Source of the DNA: Candidatus Hermodarchaeota archaeon
GTDB taxonomy: Archaea; Asgardarchaeota; Lokiarchaeia; Sigyniarchaeales; SOKP01
Assembly: GCA_048885925.1 (NCBI GenBank)
Contig: JBHLLG010000099.1
Location: 1-10,472 of the forward strand
Direction: 5' to 3'
DNA: 10,472 bases
The notes under the pieces were generated by a model. The model had not been told where the DNA came from and made no database searches. It was given only the letters and a program-made list of their open reading frames with translations. Made by a program: the position numbers and the translations under genes. How positions within the stretch are numbered: the first letter of the stretch is position 1; every line of letters starts with the position of its first letter. Shown piece by piece: positions 1 through 8,134 of the stretch.

Positions 1-2
1 AT

Positions 3-386
3 TTAGTTAACAATTTATCTAATTATCTTGAACCTCTAGGACTCCAAGTTAGATTCAATCCATTGAATTCTTATTGGTATATTTCTTTCGATCCGGAAAC
101 AACAGAAATAATCTCAGCAAATCCGTTTGAAGGAAACCCCAGATTAGCCGCAACATTATATTGCACAATGATTTGTTGTTTTACTACTTCTGGACAAACT
201 ACAATTCAAAAAATAAAAGAAATTAGGAAAAAGAAGGGAGTTATTGAAGATATTAAAGAATTAGAAAAAATGGGATTTGTCATTCTTGATAAAAAATTAA
301 ATATAGTTAAATTAACTCCTTTAATTGGATATTTATTAGATCTGGAAAAACTTTTTTTAAAAATTGCTTTAAAATTGAAAAATTAG
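3..386 (+). CDS. Winged-helix protein resembling ScpB/KITE-family SMC accessory subunits; 5'-truncated by the window edge
   Basis: The frame of ORF 63..386 is open back to position 3 (LVNNLSNYLEPLGLQVRFNPLNSYWYISF...), so the TTG at 63 is probably internal. The segments 'YLEPLGLQV...WYI' and 'TTIQKIKEIRKKKGVIEDIKELEKMGFV...VKLTP' resemble the tandem winged-helix pattern of ScpB (IT..EI..IRG....I..L.E.GLI). Confidence 0.55.
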   Translation, partial: LVNNLSNYLEPLGLQVRFNPLNSYWYISFDPETTEIISANPFEGNPRLAATLYCTMICCFTTSGQTTIQKIKEIRKKKGVIEDIKELEKMGFVILDKKLNIVKLTPLIGYLLDLEKLFLKIALKLKN

Positions 387-551
387 GATCAAAATGCTAA
401 TTATCTTTTAATTAATAAAAAAATGATGGTTGATATTCTCACATATTAATTTTTATTATAAAAAAGTTTTTCTACATTATGAGAGCGTATTTTAATATAG
501 TGAATAAAATGGAATATGCTATTCTTGAAAGTACAAAGAGAAGAATAAGTA

Positions 552-1376
552 TTAAATAGGATTATTGATTTCTCCTTTTTTTTTTTTAATAAAAATTAGA
601 TAAATAAATATCAAACAAGCAATGCAAATTCCAACAATGCTTATAATTAATAATATGATATATAAAAAATCCCAACTGAATTGTATATATGATTTTCCAG
701 TTTGTTCTGAGTCTCCGATAGTTAATGTTGCCCAAGTATTCATGTCTAGGGGATCTGCATTTTTTGGGTAAGTATTATAAATCGGTACATTTGCATCAAA
801 AGGACCACCATATACAAAAAATCCAATTTGTTCTGTTTCATTTATTCCAAGAATAGAGAAAGGGATTTGCATTTCATAAATCTGATGGTTTTGGTTGGAA
901 TTAGGACTAACTGAATAGCTTGTATCTCCTTTTAATTTAGAGTCACAAATAAAAGAACAATGACTAACATATTCATGAGGAGTTCCTGTAATATTTAAAA
1001 TATAATGAGTACCTCCGCTAAACATTCCAGAATAATATGCAAAGCTATCCTCTTCCCCAGCGGACCAAACTTTATCATTATTGGTATCAAAATGTATCCT
1101 AAAAAAATCTCCATCATCTAAAGTCATATCTCCAATCGCATCTAAGCAAAGATAAATACAATCATTATCATTTTTAAAATATAAAAATGATACTTCATTA
1201 ATTTGAATCTTCGAAGCATCTGACCATTCAGAGTTATTAGTGAATATTCCATCTATAGAAACATCTTCTATCTTCCAACCACTATCTAATGAAAAAAATT
1301 GTGGTTCAGATAAATTAAGACCGATTATAGAAATAATAAGTAGACTTATGAAACCTATAAGACTAATAATTACCAT
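552..1376 (-). CDS. Secreted, C-terminally membrane-anchored DOMON-like/CBM9-like beta-sandwich protein (true start may be ATT at 1400)
   Basis: It has an N-terminal hydrophobic signal segment. The motifs 'IDG....SEWSDA', 'LYFKNDNDCIYL', 'D.FRIHFDTNND' and 'YEMQIPFSILG' are typical of DOMON-like/CBM9-like domains. It ends in a TM helix followed by KKKK. Confidence 0.75.
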   Translation of the reverse strand: MVIISLIGFISLLIISIIGLNLSEPQFFSLDSGWKIEDVSIDGIFTNNSEWSDASKIQINEVSFLYFKNDNDCIYLCLDAIGDMTLDDGDFFRIHFDTNNDKVWSAGEEDSFAYYSGMFSGGTHYILNITGTPHEYVSHCSFICDSKLKGDTSYSVSPNSNQNHQIYEMQIPFSILGINETEQIGFFVYGGPFDANVPIYNTYPKNADPLDMNTWATLTIGDSEQTGKSYIQFSWDFLYIILLIISIVGICIACLIFIYLIFIKKKKGEINNPI

Positions 1377-1450
1377 TGTTACTTTTTTTTTCTTTTTAAT
1401 TTATAACACCATTTTTATTGAGTTAATTCTAAAATAAACTTAAAAGTATT

Positions 1451-4400
1451 TTAAAAATGATACCAATGAAACCTACCATCTGCATGACGAACTAAAGTGA
1501 ATCCATCGGTTCTTGCGGCGATATACAGAATTTGCGTTGGATGAGTATCAAGAATGCAATAAAGTCCTAAATTATTACCAAAATTATAAAAATCAACTGT
1601 TCGATCTTCATAATAAACATTTCCAAAAAGATCCTTATAATAATCCCTAATAACACATGTATCCCACTCCCAATCATTTCCATTCCATGAGAATGCTGCT
1701 TTATCAAACACCCAATCATCAAAACTATTATCACCATTGGAATCTTCATTAATTATTGAGACATAACCAACATTATCCTCAGCAAGAAAACCTGCTTGCC
1801 AGGTATCTTTTGCTCCAGAATCAGCCTTGATATATCCCGGTCTTGAAAAAGGATCTTTTGCAGCTTGAAGAGAATACCAAGGACCATTTTGAGTAGGACC
1901 AACTAATGCATATTTTTTATCACCAACTCCCTGATAATCCATTCCTCCATCAGTATTAATGTGTACCGTTACCGCTTCTCTGGTTCTTGAATAAGGGTTA
2001 TCATTTTCCAAATAATTAATGAATTCCTGAATATTATCTGGATAAACAGGAAAATCCAAATCTAAAGGTATATAATAATAACAAGCCCCACTTATTCCAT
2101 CATCATAAAATTGATATTTAATTTGCAAAATAGCATCTACTCTTGGTCCCCATGTGTTACAAGTATCTCTCAATGTTACTCGTTGAGCAGGATATCCTAT
2201 TCCAAATATGTTATCATTCCAATAAGTATTTTCAGGATTTCTTAATCCATATGAATTGTCTCCAAAGGTTAATTTTGATTCATGTTCTTGTATGTATGCC
2301 TCATCACTTATATCTGGATCGTCATAAACATAAAAATGATAAGACAATGTTATTCCACATCCTATTTCAGGTGATAATGTAAAGAAAATATCTTCTTGAG
2401 TTTTGGTATCAAATTCTATTTCAGGGGCTTTTTCACCTTCGGTAACCATTCTTAAAGACGGTGTATCATAATCTGGAACATTATTTTGTCCAAATATAAT
2501 CAAAAGCCATCCAATTAATAATATAATTAATGAAATTGCAAAAATTGCTAATCCTACCCATACACTAATCGGATTAGTAGACAAGACTCCCGCTAGTATT
2601 AAACCAGAAATAACAATATCAATAACTGCCATCGTAATAGAAATTACAGAAGAGATTATAATTAATATAGCTCCTATTGAAATGGCAACCCCAGGCCAAT
2701 AAAATTCTCCCCCCAAACTCATCAATTCGATCCCTATATGATAGATTTCAACCGCCTCTATAATTGCATATGTTGAAGATATAATAGTTATGATGGACAT
2801 AATGATATTAAATATTTGAAGTCCTATTTGCAATTTCGTGAGTTTTTTTAAAGGTTGTTCTAACGTCTCATCAAGATCATATACTTGTTCCTCGGGAATG
2901 TCAATCCAATCTTGCTTAATTCTCCTTTCTTTATAAACCAAATTACCATTTGCATCAGTATGTCTAAAGTATTCAATAATTTGATATTGATCAGTATCAG
3001 GATTTACATATATCCTTGTTTCTATAACATCTATACCACCATCTGATGGAAAATTAGTTCTAGTTGCTCGATAACTCCATGTTCCATCAACTAGATCAAT
3101 AGTTGTTTTCGATTTTTTATTAAATATTAGAACCCATTCATCTAACTCATTTTTTTCAAAAACTGCTGTAACTGAAATTCTTTTGATTATATCTTCATCA
3201 GCAAGATTAAATCCATAAGATTTTCCAAAAGTAAACTTTTCTGCTAAAATAGCATTATTAATTTTTTTAACTCTTATACCAATAGTAGTTTTAAGAAGGT
3301 ATTTCATACTTTTATCAATTATTCTATTTAAAAATGCATCAGTAGAAATCGTCTTATTAAATTCAGTAACCAAAACAAAAAAATCTCCATCTACAAAATC
3401 AGAAATATTTTCAACTGTATTGAAAATTGCATTTTTTAATTGACCAGGTTTAACATCGTAAAAATATGCAATACCTCCATTTAGATATTCTGGTATATTA
3501 TTTATTTGATAATTTGTTTCATATCCCCATTGACTTTCAAAAATATAGCTTGCATATACATAATCTTGTTGATCACTTGAGGGAACTCGGAGTAGAGCAC
3601 CTCTTAGAGAAGAAAAGTGATATAAATTAAGACCTTGGATAATAAGATCATCTGGATGAGGCCAAATATGGAGCATTTGCTTTCCTCCAGTACAATTTGT
3701 TAAAAGCGCGCCCCAGACGAGATCAAATGTGAATTCTAAGGATTTATCGTCAAATGCTGGATGAATATTAGTCTCATTACTATAATAGGTAAAATATGTC
3801 TGATAGCTATATTCAGTTATATTAGTAAAAGGGGCTAATGCAATATAATTTGAACTGTTATCAGTTATGTCATTTGGTAAATAATCACCTTTCAACCCTT
3901 CATAAGTATATGGTCCGATAATTCTTAGTAAAGGGATGATGTCAATATAACCATCATCTATCCATGATAATCCTGTTCTTTCATATAAAGAATCGTCTAA
4001 TGGTCTTTGAATTTGGATATCAATTCTTAAGTTTTGAGTGATTAACTCTTCAGATAGGGTAAAAATATAATTATACAAGCTATTACCAGGTAAAATATCG
4101 TAATTCTTTTCCGAAATATCCAAACCATCAAATAACAAATCTGCGTCATAATCGGGATTATAAGGATCTAGATCTTGATTAATTTCATTTGAATCACATA
4201 ATCCATCTCCATCTGAATCTGAATAAAGATTATTTTCTACTATTATTGGCTTTATAAATCTCCCATTTTTATTCAAAATTATTTCAATATCAAAAAATCC
4301 ATCTCCTACTTGTTCGATAAAATCAAAATAAATTGTATAGGTCCCAGATTCTATATATTGTTCAAGTAAATAACTTCCTACTGATAGTATCTCATCATAG

Positions 4401-7387
4401 ATCTTTATATCGATTATTTTTATATCCTTAATATAATCATAGGCAGAAAGACTATTAATTTGTAAATATAATTCTGAATAATTAAAGGAAGAAGGGATTA
4501 CGAGCATTAATTTCCCAAGATACGAATATTTTAAATTATTTCCCGCTTGTTTTGATTCTGAAATACTAAATCTTTGATGAAGTGATTCCCAAAATATCCA
4601 ACAATTTTGTTGATAAATCGGGCTCTTTAATATTAATTCATTACCAGAACTGAGTTCATCTCCGTCGCAATCCACTTCACTAATTATGGTAACATTTTCA
4701 ATAATTAGATTAACACCCATGATTTTTAAAAAATGTGAACCACCTTCAAGAATAAAATCTAAGTTAAATTGAGGTTCACTATCATCTAAAGGAAGATTAT
4801 TACATAATAGATTGCCATCTAAAGATATCGTAATTGTATCTCCTTGACAATTGGAATGTAATTTTAAATAACCAGATCCTTTAAAACCAATCTCAAGTGT
4901 ATTTTGAGGATTTTTAAATTCTTGGTGAATCAAGCATAATTTTTGAATATATAAGGATTTAATCTTAAATCCATCAAAATAATCTAAGTATTGATTAACT
5001 TTAATTATTATTTCATGATATAGCGTAGTAAAATTAAAATAAAAATCTGTAAAATTTAAGTATGGATCTAAATTCCTAATTTCTTCCCCATCAATAAAAA
5101 TAATGCCTTCAAATGGCTCAACATCTTTAGTAATAATTGAAATAATAGATTCTCCAATAGCAATAAAATTATAACTAATTTCCAAATTTTCATGATTCAA
5201 CTCAACTTCACTCAAGGATTCAAATTGTATCATCCTATAACATGCAGCACGTAATATATTAATCCATAAATCAGTATCTATATTTAATAAACTTAGTAGT
5301 CCTATATCAAACGTAAAATAAATAGCTCTTCCAGAACCATAAAAGTTTAAGATAATTGATGGTAATTCCTCAGTTAAAACTAGATGCGCGAATTCTTCTG
5401 AAAGGTACGGATCAGGTACTTCAAAATCCTTATTTGAAGCTATAATGGGGGTTTTATTTGTAAAACTTAACCATTTCAATGAATTAATAGCTAATTGAAT
5501 CCATGCTGAGCTATTATAACCCCTAAATGCAGAACGCCCAATATCCATCGAAAAATAGACTCCTCGACCTTTTTCATAATTGGATGATATAATTGCGGGT
5601 TGATTTAAATCTAAAATTTCATCTTTACACCATAAAGGTCTATAATAATATGCTAATACCTCTGGAATTCCAATATTATTACAAAATTTTTGATTTAAAA
5701 ATGGATAAAAATTAATTTCAAAAGCCCAAGATTTTGACTTTAAGATGGCTCCTAAAAAAGCTTCTGTGATTGAATGATTATTACTTATTCCAATTTTATG
5801 ATACCAGTCCCATTCTATTCTTTTTTCACAATACCATGTAGTACCAGCAGAAATACAATCCCACTGGTGATCATGGTTAAACTCATCACAATCCAAATCA
5901 CATTCAATATCAAAAAATATAGGTGGAATTCCTCCTAGGCATTTTACTCCAAAAATGTCTGAAATTCCATTTTGATAATTATTTAATGACCAATCTGAAC
6001 ATATTATTTTTCCTCCCATTTTAACCCAATTATTAATAATTTGAGCACAAGTTTCATTAAAATCCATATAGAATTTAATAATTTCATTCAGCCAATCACA
6101 AAAAGATTTAAATGTTAGATTTACAGGAAAATCTATCCATCCAAAATTCATTAACCATAAAATATCATACTTACTATTGATAAGATTAGTTAAAAGATCC
6201 TGAATTTTGCTTACTATATTATAAGAACATCGTCCATCTAGAACTTCATTTATCAAAAATAAATCACTACTGTCGTCACACCATGCTAGTACATTAGCTA
6301 AACAAACCTCGATAGTAACAATAGGAGGCAAAATTAATTGTCCATAATAATTTAATAATGTTGTATCTGGATAAGCGTACTTTCTATCTCTATTATCAAA
6401 ATATTCTATTTTTGATAAAAGTTCAAATTCGTGAATAAAATCAACAGGTGGGGCTTTGCAATCATAATATAAGAGAAAACTCTGATCTGGTTCTAAATAT
6501 TCTATGGTCCAATTTACACCATCTTCTTTAGCAGTAAAATTCAAATTACTCCTTAATATTGAAAAACAATTTAAATATTCTTCAATTTTTATTTTGTATG
6601 CTGTTCCATTCCCAAGATTAGAAATCTCTAAAAAAATTCTGATATCATTACCACTACTGACTTCAGAAACGTTTGAATGCTTACTCATTCCAATCAAAGG
6701 AGGATTCCAAACACTATGTTTTGCTAAAACCATAGTGTCTGATGATGTTGTTATAGCGTATCCATCTCTTCCAATTTTAGAATTATTATTTAAATAGTGG
6801 CTAACTAAATAAAAATCGGAAGATATATACATATCTGGGAGGTAAGGGGTATAATGAAATTGTTCAATACCTACAATATCGCAAAGTTGGGGATTATAAT
6901 TTATTATATGATCGGAACAAATTAAAATTCCTCCACTTTTTACAAACTCAGATATCAATTTCAATTGGTTAGAATCAAATACTAGATTTTCGGAGTTATT
7001 TAATTCAAAATTCCTAAAACTAATTAATATTAATGCATCATATATTCTTAAACCCAATTCATAAAATAAATCCACTTGATTATTGACAATTGTAATTTCT
7101 GACGACCAATTAATTGCCAACTGTTCAATTATATATTCGTTTGATGGATTATCAACCCAAGCTAAAATATTTAATCCAATTATCTCAATTTTATTGGTAC
7201 CTAGATCCGAACTGAAATATTTCATCTCTGGATTTCTATTACTTTCTTCAAAATTGTCATCAACAACTTTTAATTGAGATTCGATAAAAATAGAACCGTA
7301 TAATTGGATTACACGGATATTGGCTATTAAGATTATAAAAATTAAAAGGTAAGATTGAATTCTTTTTAAATTATTAGATCCTCTCAT
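1451..7387 (-). CDS. Giant (1978 aa) secreted/surface multidomain protein: signal peptide, two GATase1-like domains plus a DUF11-like Ig domain, beta-sandwiches, DxDGDG Ca-binding motifs, internal hydrophobic helices, PLAT-like C-terminus
   Basis: This is a 5.9-kb uninterrupted ORF in AT-rich DNA with an ATG start, an upstream GAGG and an N-terminal basic plus hydrophobic segment. Duplicated motifs: NILAWVD/NVLAWCD, YDALIL/YDILWL, FVKSGGILICSD/WVKMGGKIICSD, YEKGRGVYFSMDIG/YGSGRAIYFTFDIG. Other motifs: DUF11-like 'SK...VSSGNDIRIFLEISNLGNGTAYKIKIEEYL...VNWTIEYLEPDQS' and DSDGDGLCDSNE. The CDS is secure but its function is uncertain. Confidence 0.9.
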   Translation of the reverse strand: MRGSNNLKRIQSYLLIFIILIANIRVIQLYGSIFIESQLKVVDDNFEESNRNPEMKYFSSDLGTNKIEIIGLNILAWVDNPSNEYIIEQLAINWSSEITIVNNQVDLFYELGLRIYDALILISFRNFELNNSENLVFDSNQLKLISEFVKSGGILICSDHIINYNPQLCDIVGIEQFHYTPYLPDMYISSDFYLVSHYLNNNSKIGRDGYAITTSSDTMVLAKHSVWNPPLIGMSKHSNVSEVSSGNDIRIFLEISNLGNGTAYKIKIEEYLNCFSILRSNLNFTAKEDGVNWTIEYLEPDQSFLLYYDCKAPPVDFIHEFELLSKIEYFDNRDRKYAYPDTTLLNYYGQLILPPIVTIEVCLANVLAWCDDSSDLFLINEVLDGRCSYNIVSKIQDLLTNLINSKYDILWLMNFGWIDFPVNLTFKSFCDWLNEIIKFYMDFNETCAQIINNWVKMGGKIICSDWSLNNYQNGISDIFGVKCLGGIPPIFFDIECDLDCDEFNHDHQWDCISAGTTWYCEKRIEWDWYHKIGISNNHSITEAFLGAILKSKSWAFEINFYPFLNQKFCNNIGIPEVLAYYYRPLWCKDEILDLNQPAIISSNYEKGRGVYFSMDIGRSAFRGYNSSAWIQLAINSLKWLSFTNKTPIIASNKDFEVPDPYLSEEFAHLVLTEELPSIILNFYGSGRAIYFTFDIGLLSLLNIDTDLWINILRAACYRMIQFESLSEVELNHENLEISYNFIAIGESIISIITKDVEPFEGIIFIDGEEIRNLDPYLNFTDFYFNFTTLYHEIIIKVNQYLDYFDGFKIKSLYIQKLCLIHQEFKNPQNTLEIGFKGSGYLKLHSNCQGDTITISLDGNLLCNNLPLDDSEPQFNLDFILEGGSHFLKIMGVNLIIENVTIISEVDCDGDELSSGNELILKSPIYQQNCWIFWESLHQRFSISESKQAGNNLKYSYLGKLMLVIPSSFNYSELYLQINSLSAYDYIKDIKIIDIKIYDEILSVGSYLLEQYIESGTYTIYFDFIEQVGDGFFDIEIILNKNGRFIKPIIVENNLYSDSDGDGLCDSNEINQDLDPYNPDYDADLLFDGLDISEKNYDILPGNSLYNYIFTLSEELITQNLRIDIQIQRPLDDSLYERTGLSWIDDGYIDIIPLLRIIGPYTYEGLKGDYLPNDITDNSSNYIALAPFTNITEYSYQTYFTYYSNETNIHPAFDDKSLEFTFDLVWGALLTNCTGGKQMLHIWPHPDDLIIQGLNLYHFSSLRGALLRVPSSDQQDYVYASYIFESQWGYETNYQINNIPEYLNGGIAYFYDVKPGQLKNAIFNTVENISDFVDGDFFVLVTEFNKTISTDAFLNRIIDKSMKYLLKTTIGIRVKKINNAILAEKFTFGKSYGFNLADEDIIKRISVTAVFEKNELDEWVLIFNKKSKTTIDLVDGTWSYRATRTNFPSDGGIDVIETRIYVNPDTDQYQIIEYFRHTDANGNLVYKERRIKQDWIDIPEEQVYDLDETLEQPLKKLTKLQIGLQIFNIIMSIITIISSTYAIIEAVEIYHIGIELMSLGGEFYWPGVAISIGAILIIISSVISITMAVIDIVISGLILAGVLSTNPISVWVGLAIFAISLIILLIGWLLIIFGQNNVPDYDTPSLRMVTEGEKAPEIEFDTKTQEDIFFTLSPEIGCGITLSYHFYVYDDPDISDEAYIQEHESKLTFGDNSYGLRNPENTYWNDNIFGIGYPAQRVTLRDTCNTWGPRVDAILQIKYQFYDDGISGACYYYIPLDLDFPVYPDNIQEFINYLENDNPYSRTREAVTVHINTDGGMDYQGVGDKKYALVGPTQNGPWYSLQAAKDPFSRPGYIKADSGAKDTWQAGFLAEDNVGYVSIINEDSNGDNSFDDWVFDKAAFSWNGNDWEWDTCVIRDYYKDLFGNVYYEDRTVDFYNFGNNLGLYCILDTHPTQILYIAARTDGFTLVRHADGRFHWYHF
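4117..4220 (-). repeat. Ca2+-binding acidic repeats (bacterial/archaeal TSP3-like DxDGDG) within the giant protein; a further degenerate copy at about 4637-4673
   Basis: The translation contains DSDGDGLCDSNEINQDLDPYNPDYDADLLFDGLD and DCDGDELSSGNE, matching the D.D.DGL.D..E.....DP...D.D.D consensus. Confidence 0.75.
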
Positions 7388-7451
7388 TTTAAATGAATGC
7401 CCTCTTATTTCAAAATATTTAGAAAAAATTAAGAAATAATTAAGATATATT

Positions 7452-7469
7452 TTTATATAAATCTTGTTA
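7452..7469 (-). promoter_or_regulatory. Putative archaeal TATA box with BRE-like element for the giant gene
   Basis: TTTATATAAA at 7452-7461 is a perfect palindrome. On the minus strand it is preceded by purine-rich AACAAGA and lies about 65 nt upstream of the ATG at 7387. The AT-rich background lowers its specificity. Confidence 0.5.
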
Positions 7470-7585
7470 AATATTAATTGGATCCGATAAGGTTTGTAAT
7501 GTTGATTATCATAAGGAAACCCTATAATTTTTAAGAAAAGAAGAAATCTGTATATTAGGAATATCTAATTATATATAATAGGATA

Positions 7586-8131
7586 ATGAGAAAGAAGAAA
7601 ATCAAGAGATTCGAAGTTATAAATGAATCTTCAATGGAATTGAAAATAAAGTTAAATCATCGAGAAAATGTTGGTATGTTTGTTTTTGTTATAATAGTAT
7701 TTTTAGGTACATATTTTTTTCTTCTTTTTGATATTTATTATTTCAACATAATTTTTCGAGATATTGATTCGACAATACTTCCAACTTTTTTATTTTCAAT
7801 TATAATGCTGCCTCTAACTAGTTTTTTTACTGTTCTACTTATAAGGAGTCTATTTTTTACAATTATTTTAAGAATTGATAAAGAAAAGAATCTTCTTTTT
7901 CTAATTTATAATTATATGGGTTATAAAAGAAGAAAAATCATTCGAATTAATGAAATTATAGAGATCTATATAAAAGAAAATAAAACGCATACTACTTATG
8001 GGCTTAAGATGTCTAATTTTACTTTAAATATTGACTTAACTAGTGGAAAAATTATTAGAGTAATTGGATCTTTAATCCCTACTGAATTAAGAAGACTTAA
8101 AAACTTAATAACTAAAAATATTAACCTTTAG
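7586..8131 (+). CDS. Membrane protein with 2 TM helices and a probable bacterial PH-like soluble C-terminal domain
   Basis: Two long hydrophobic stretches are followed by 'LRIDKEKNLL...KRRKIIRINEIIEIYI...LNIDLTSGKIIRV...ELRRLKNLI'. This beta-meander plus terminal helix pattern is typical of bPH-like domains. Confidence 0.7.
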   Translation: MRKKKIKRFEVINESSMELKIKLNHRENVGMFVFVIIVFLGTYFFLLFDIYYFNIIFRDIDSTILPTFLFSIIMLPLTSFFTVLLIRSLFFTIILRIDKEKNLLFLIYNYMGYKRRKIIRINEIIEIYIKENKTHTTYGLKMSNFTLNIDLTSGKIIRVIGSLIPTELRRLKNLITKNINL

Positions 8132-8134
8132 AAA

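Noticed and set aside
575-587. Poly-T run as a terminator or phase-variable tract
   Set aside because: It encodes the Lys-rich tail after the TM anchor on the minus strand and is expected in this composition.
1240-1437. 65-aa plus-strand ORF
   Set aside because: It is an antisense shadow of the 552..1376 gene start and has no protein-like features.
1567-1749. 60-aa minus-strand ORF in an alternative frame, apparently hydrophobic
   Set aside because: It lies wholly inside the giant CDS. Its Met/Ile richness is a frame-shift by-product of GAT/AAT (Asp/Asn) codons.
2143-7277. Plus-strand ORFs 2143..2382, 6504..6797 and 7083..7277
   Set aside because: They are short antisense ORFs within the 1978-aa CDS with no recognisable motifs.
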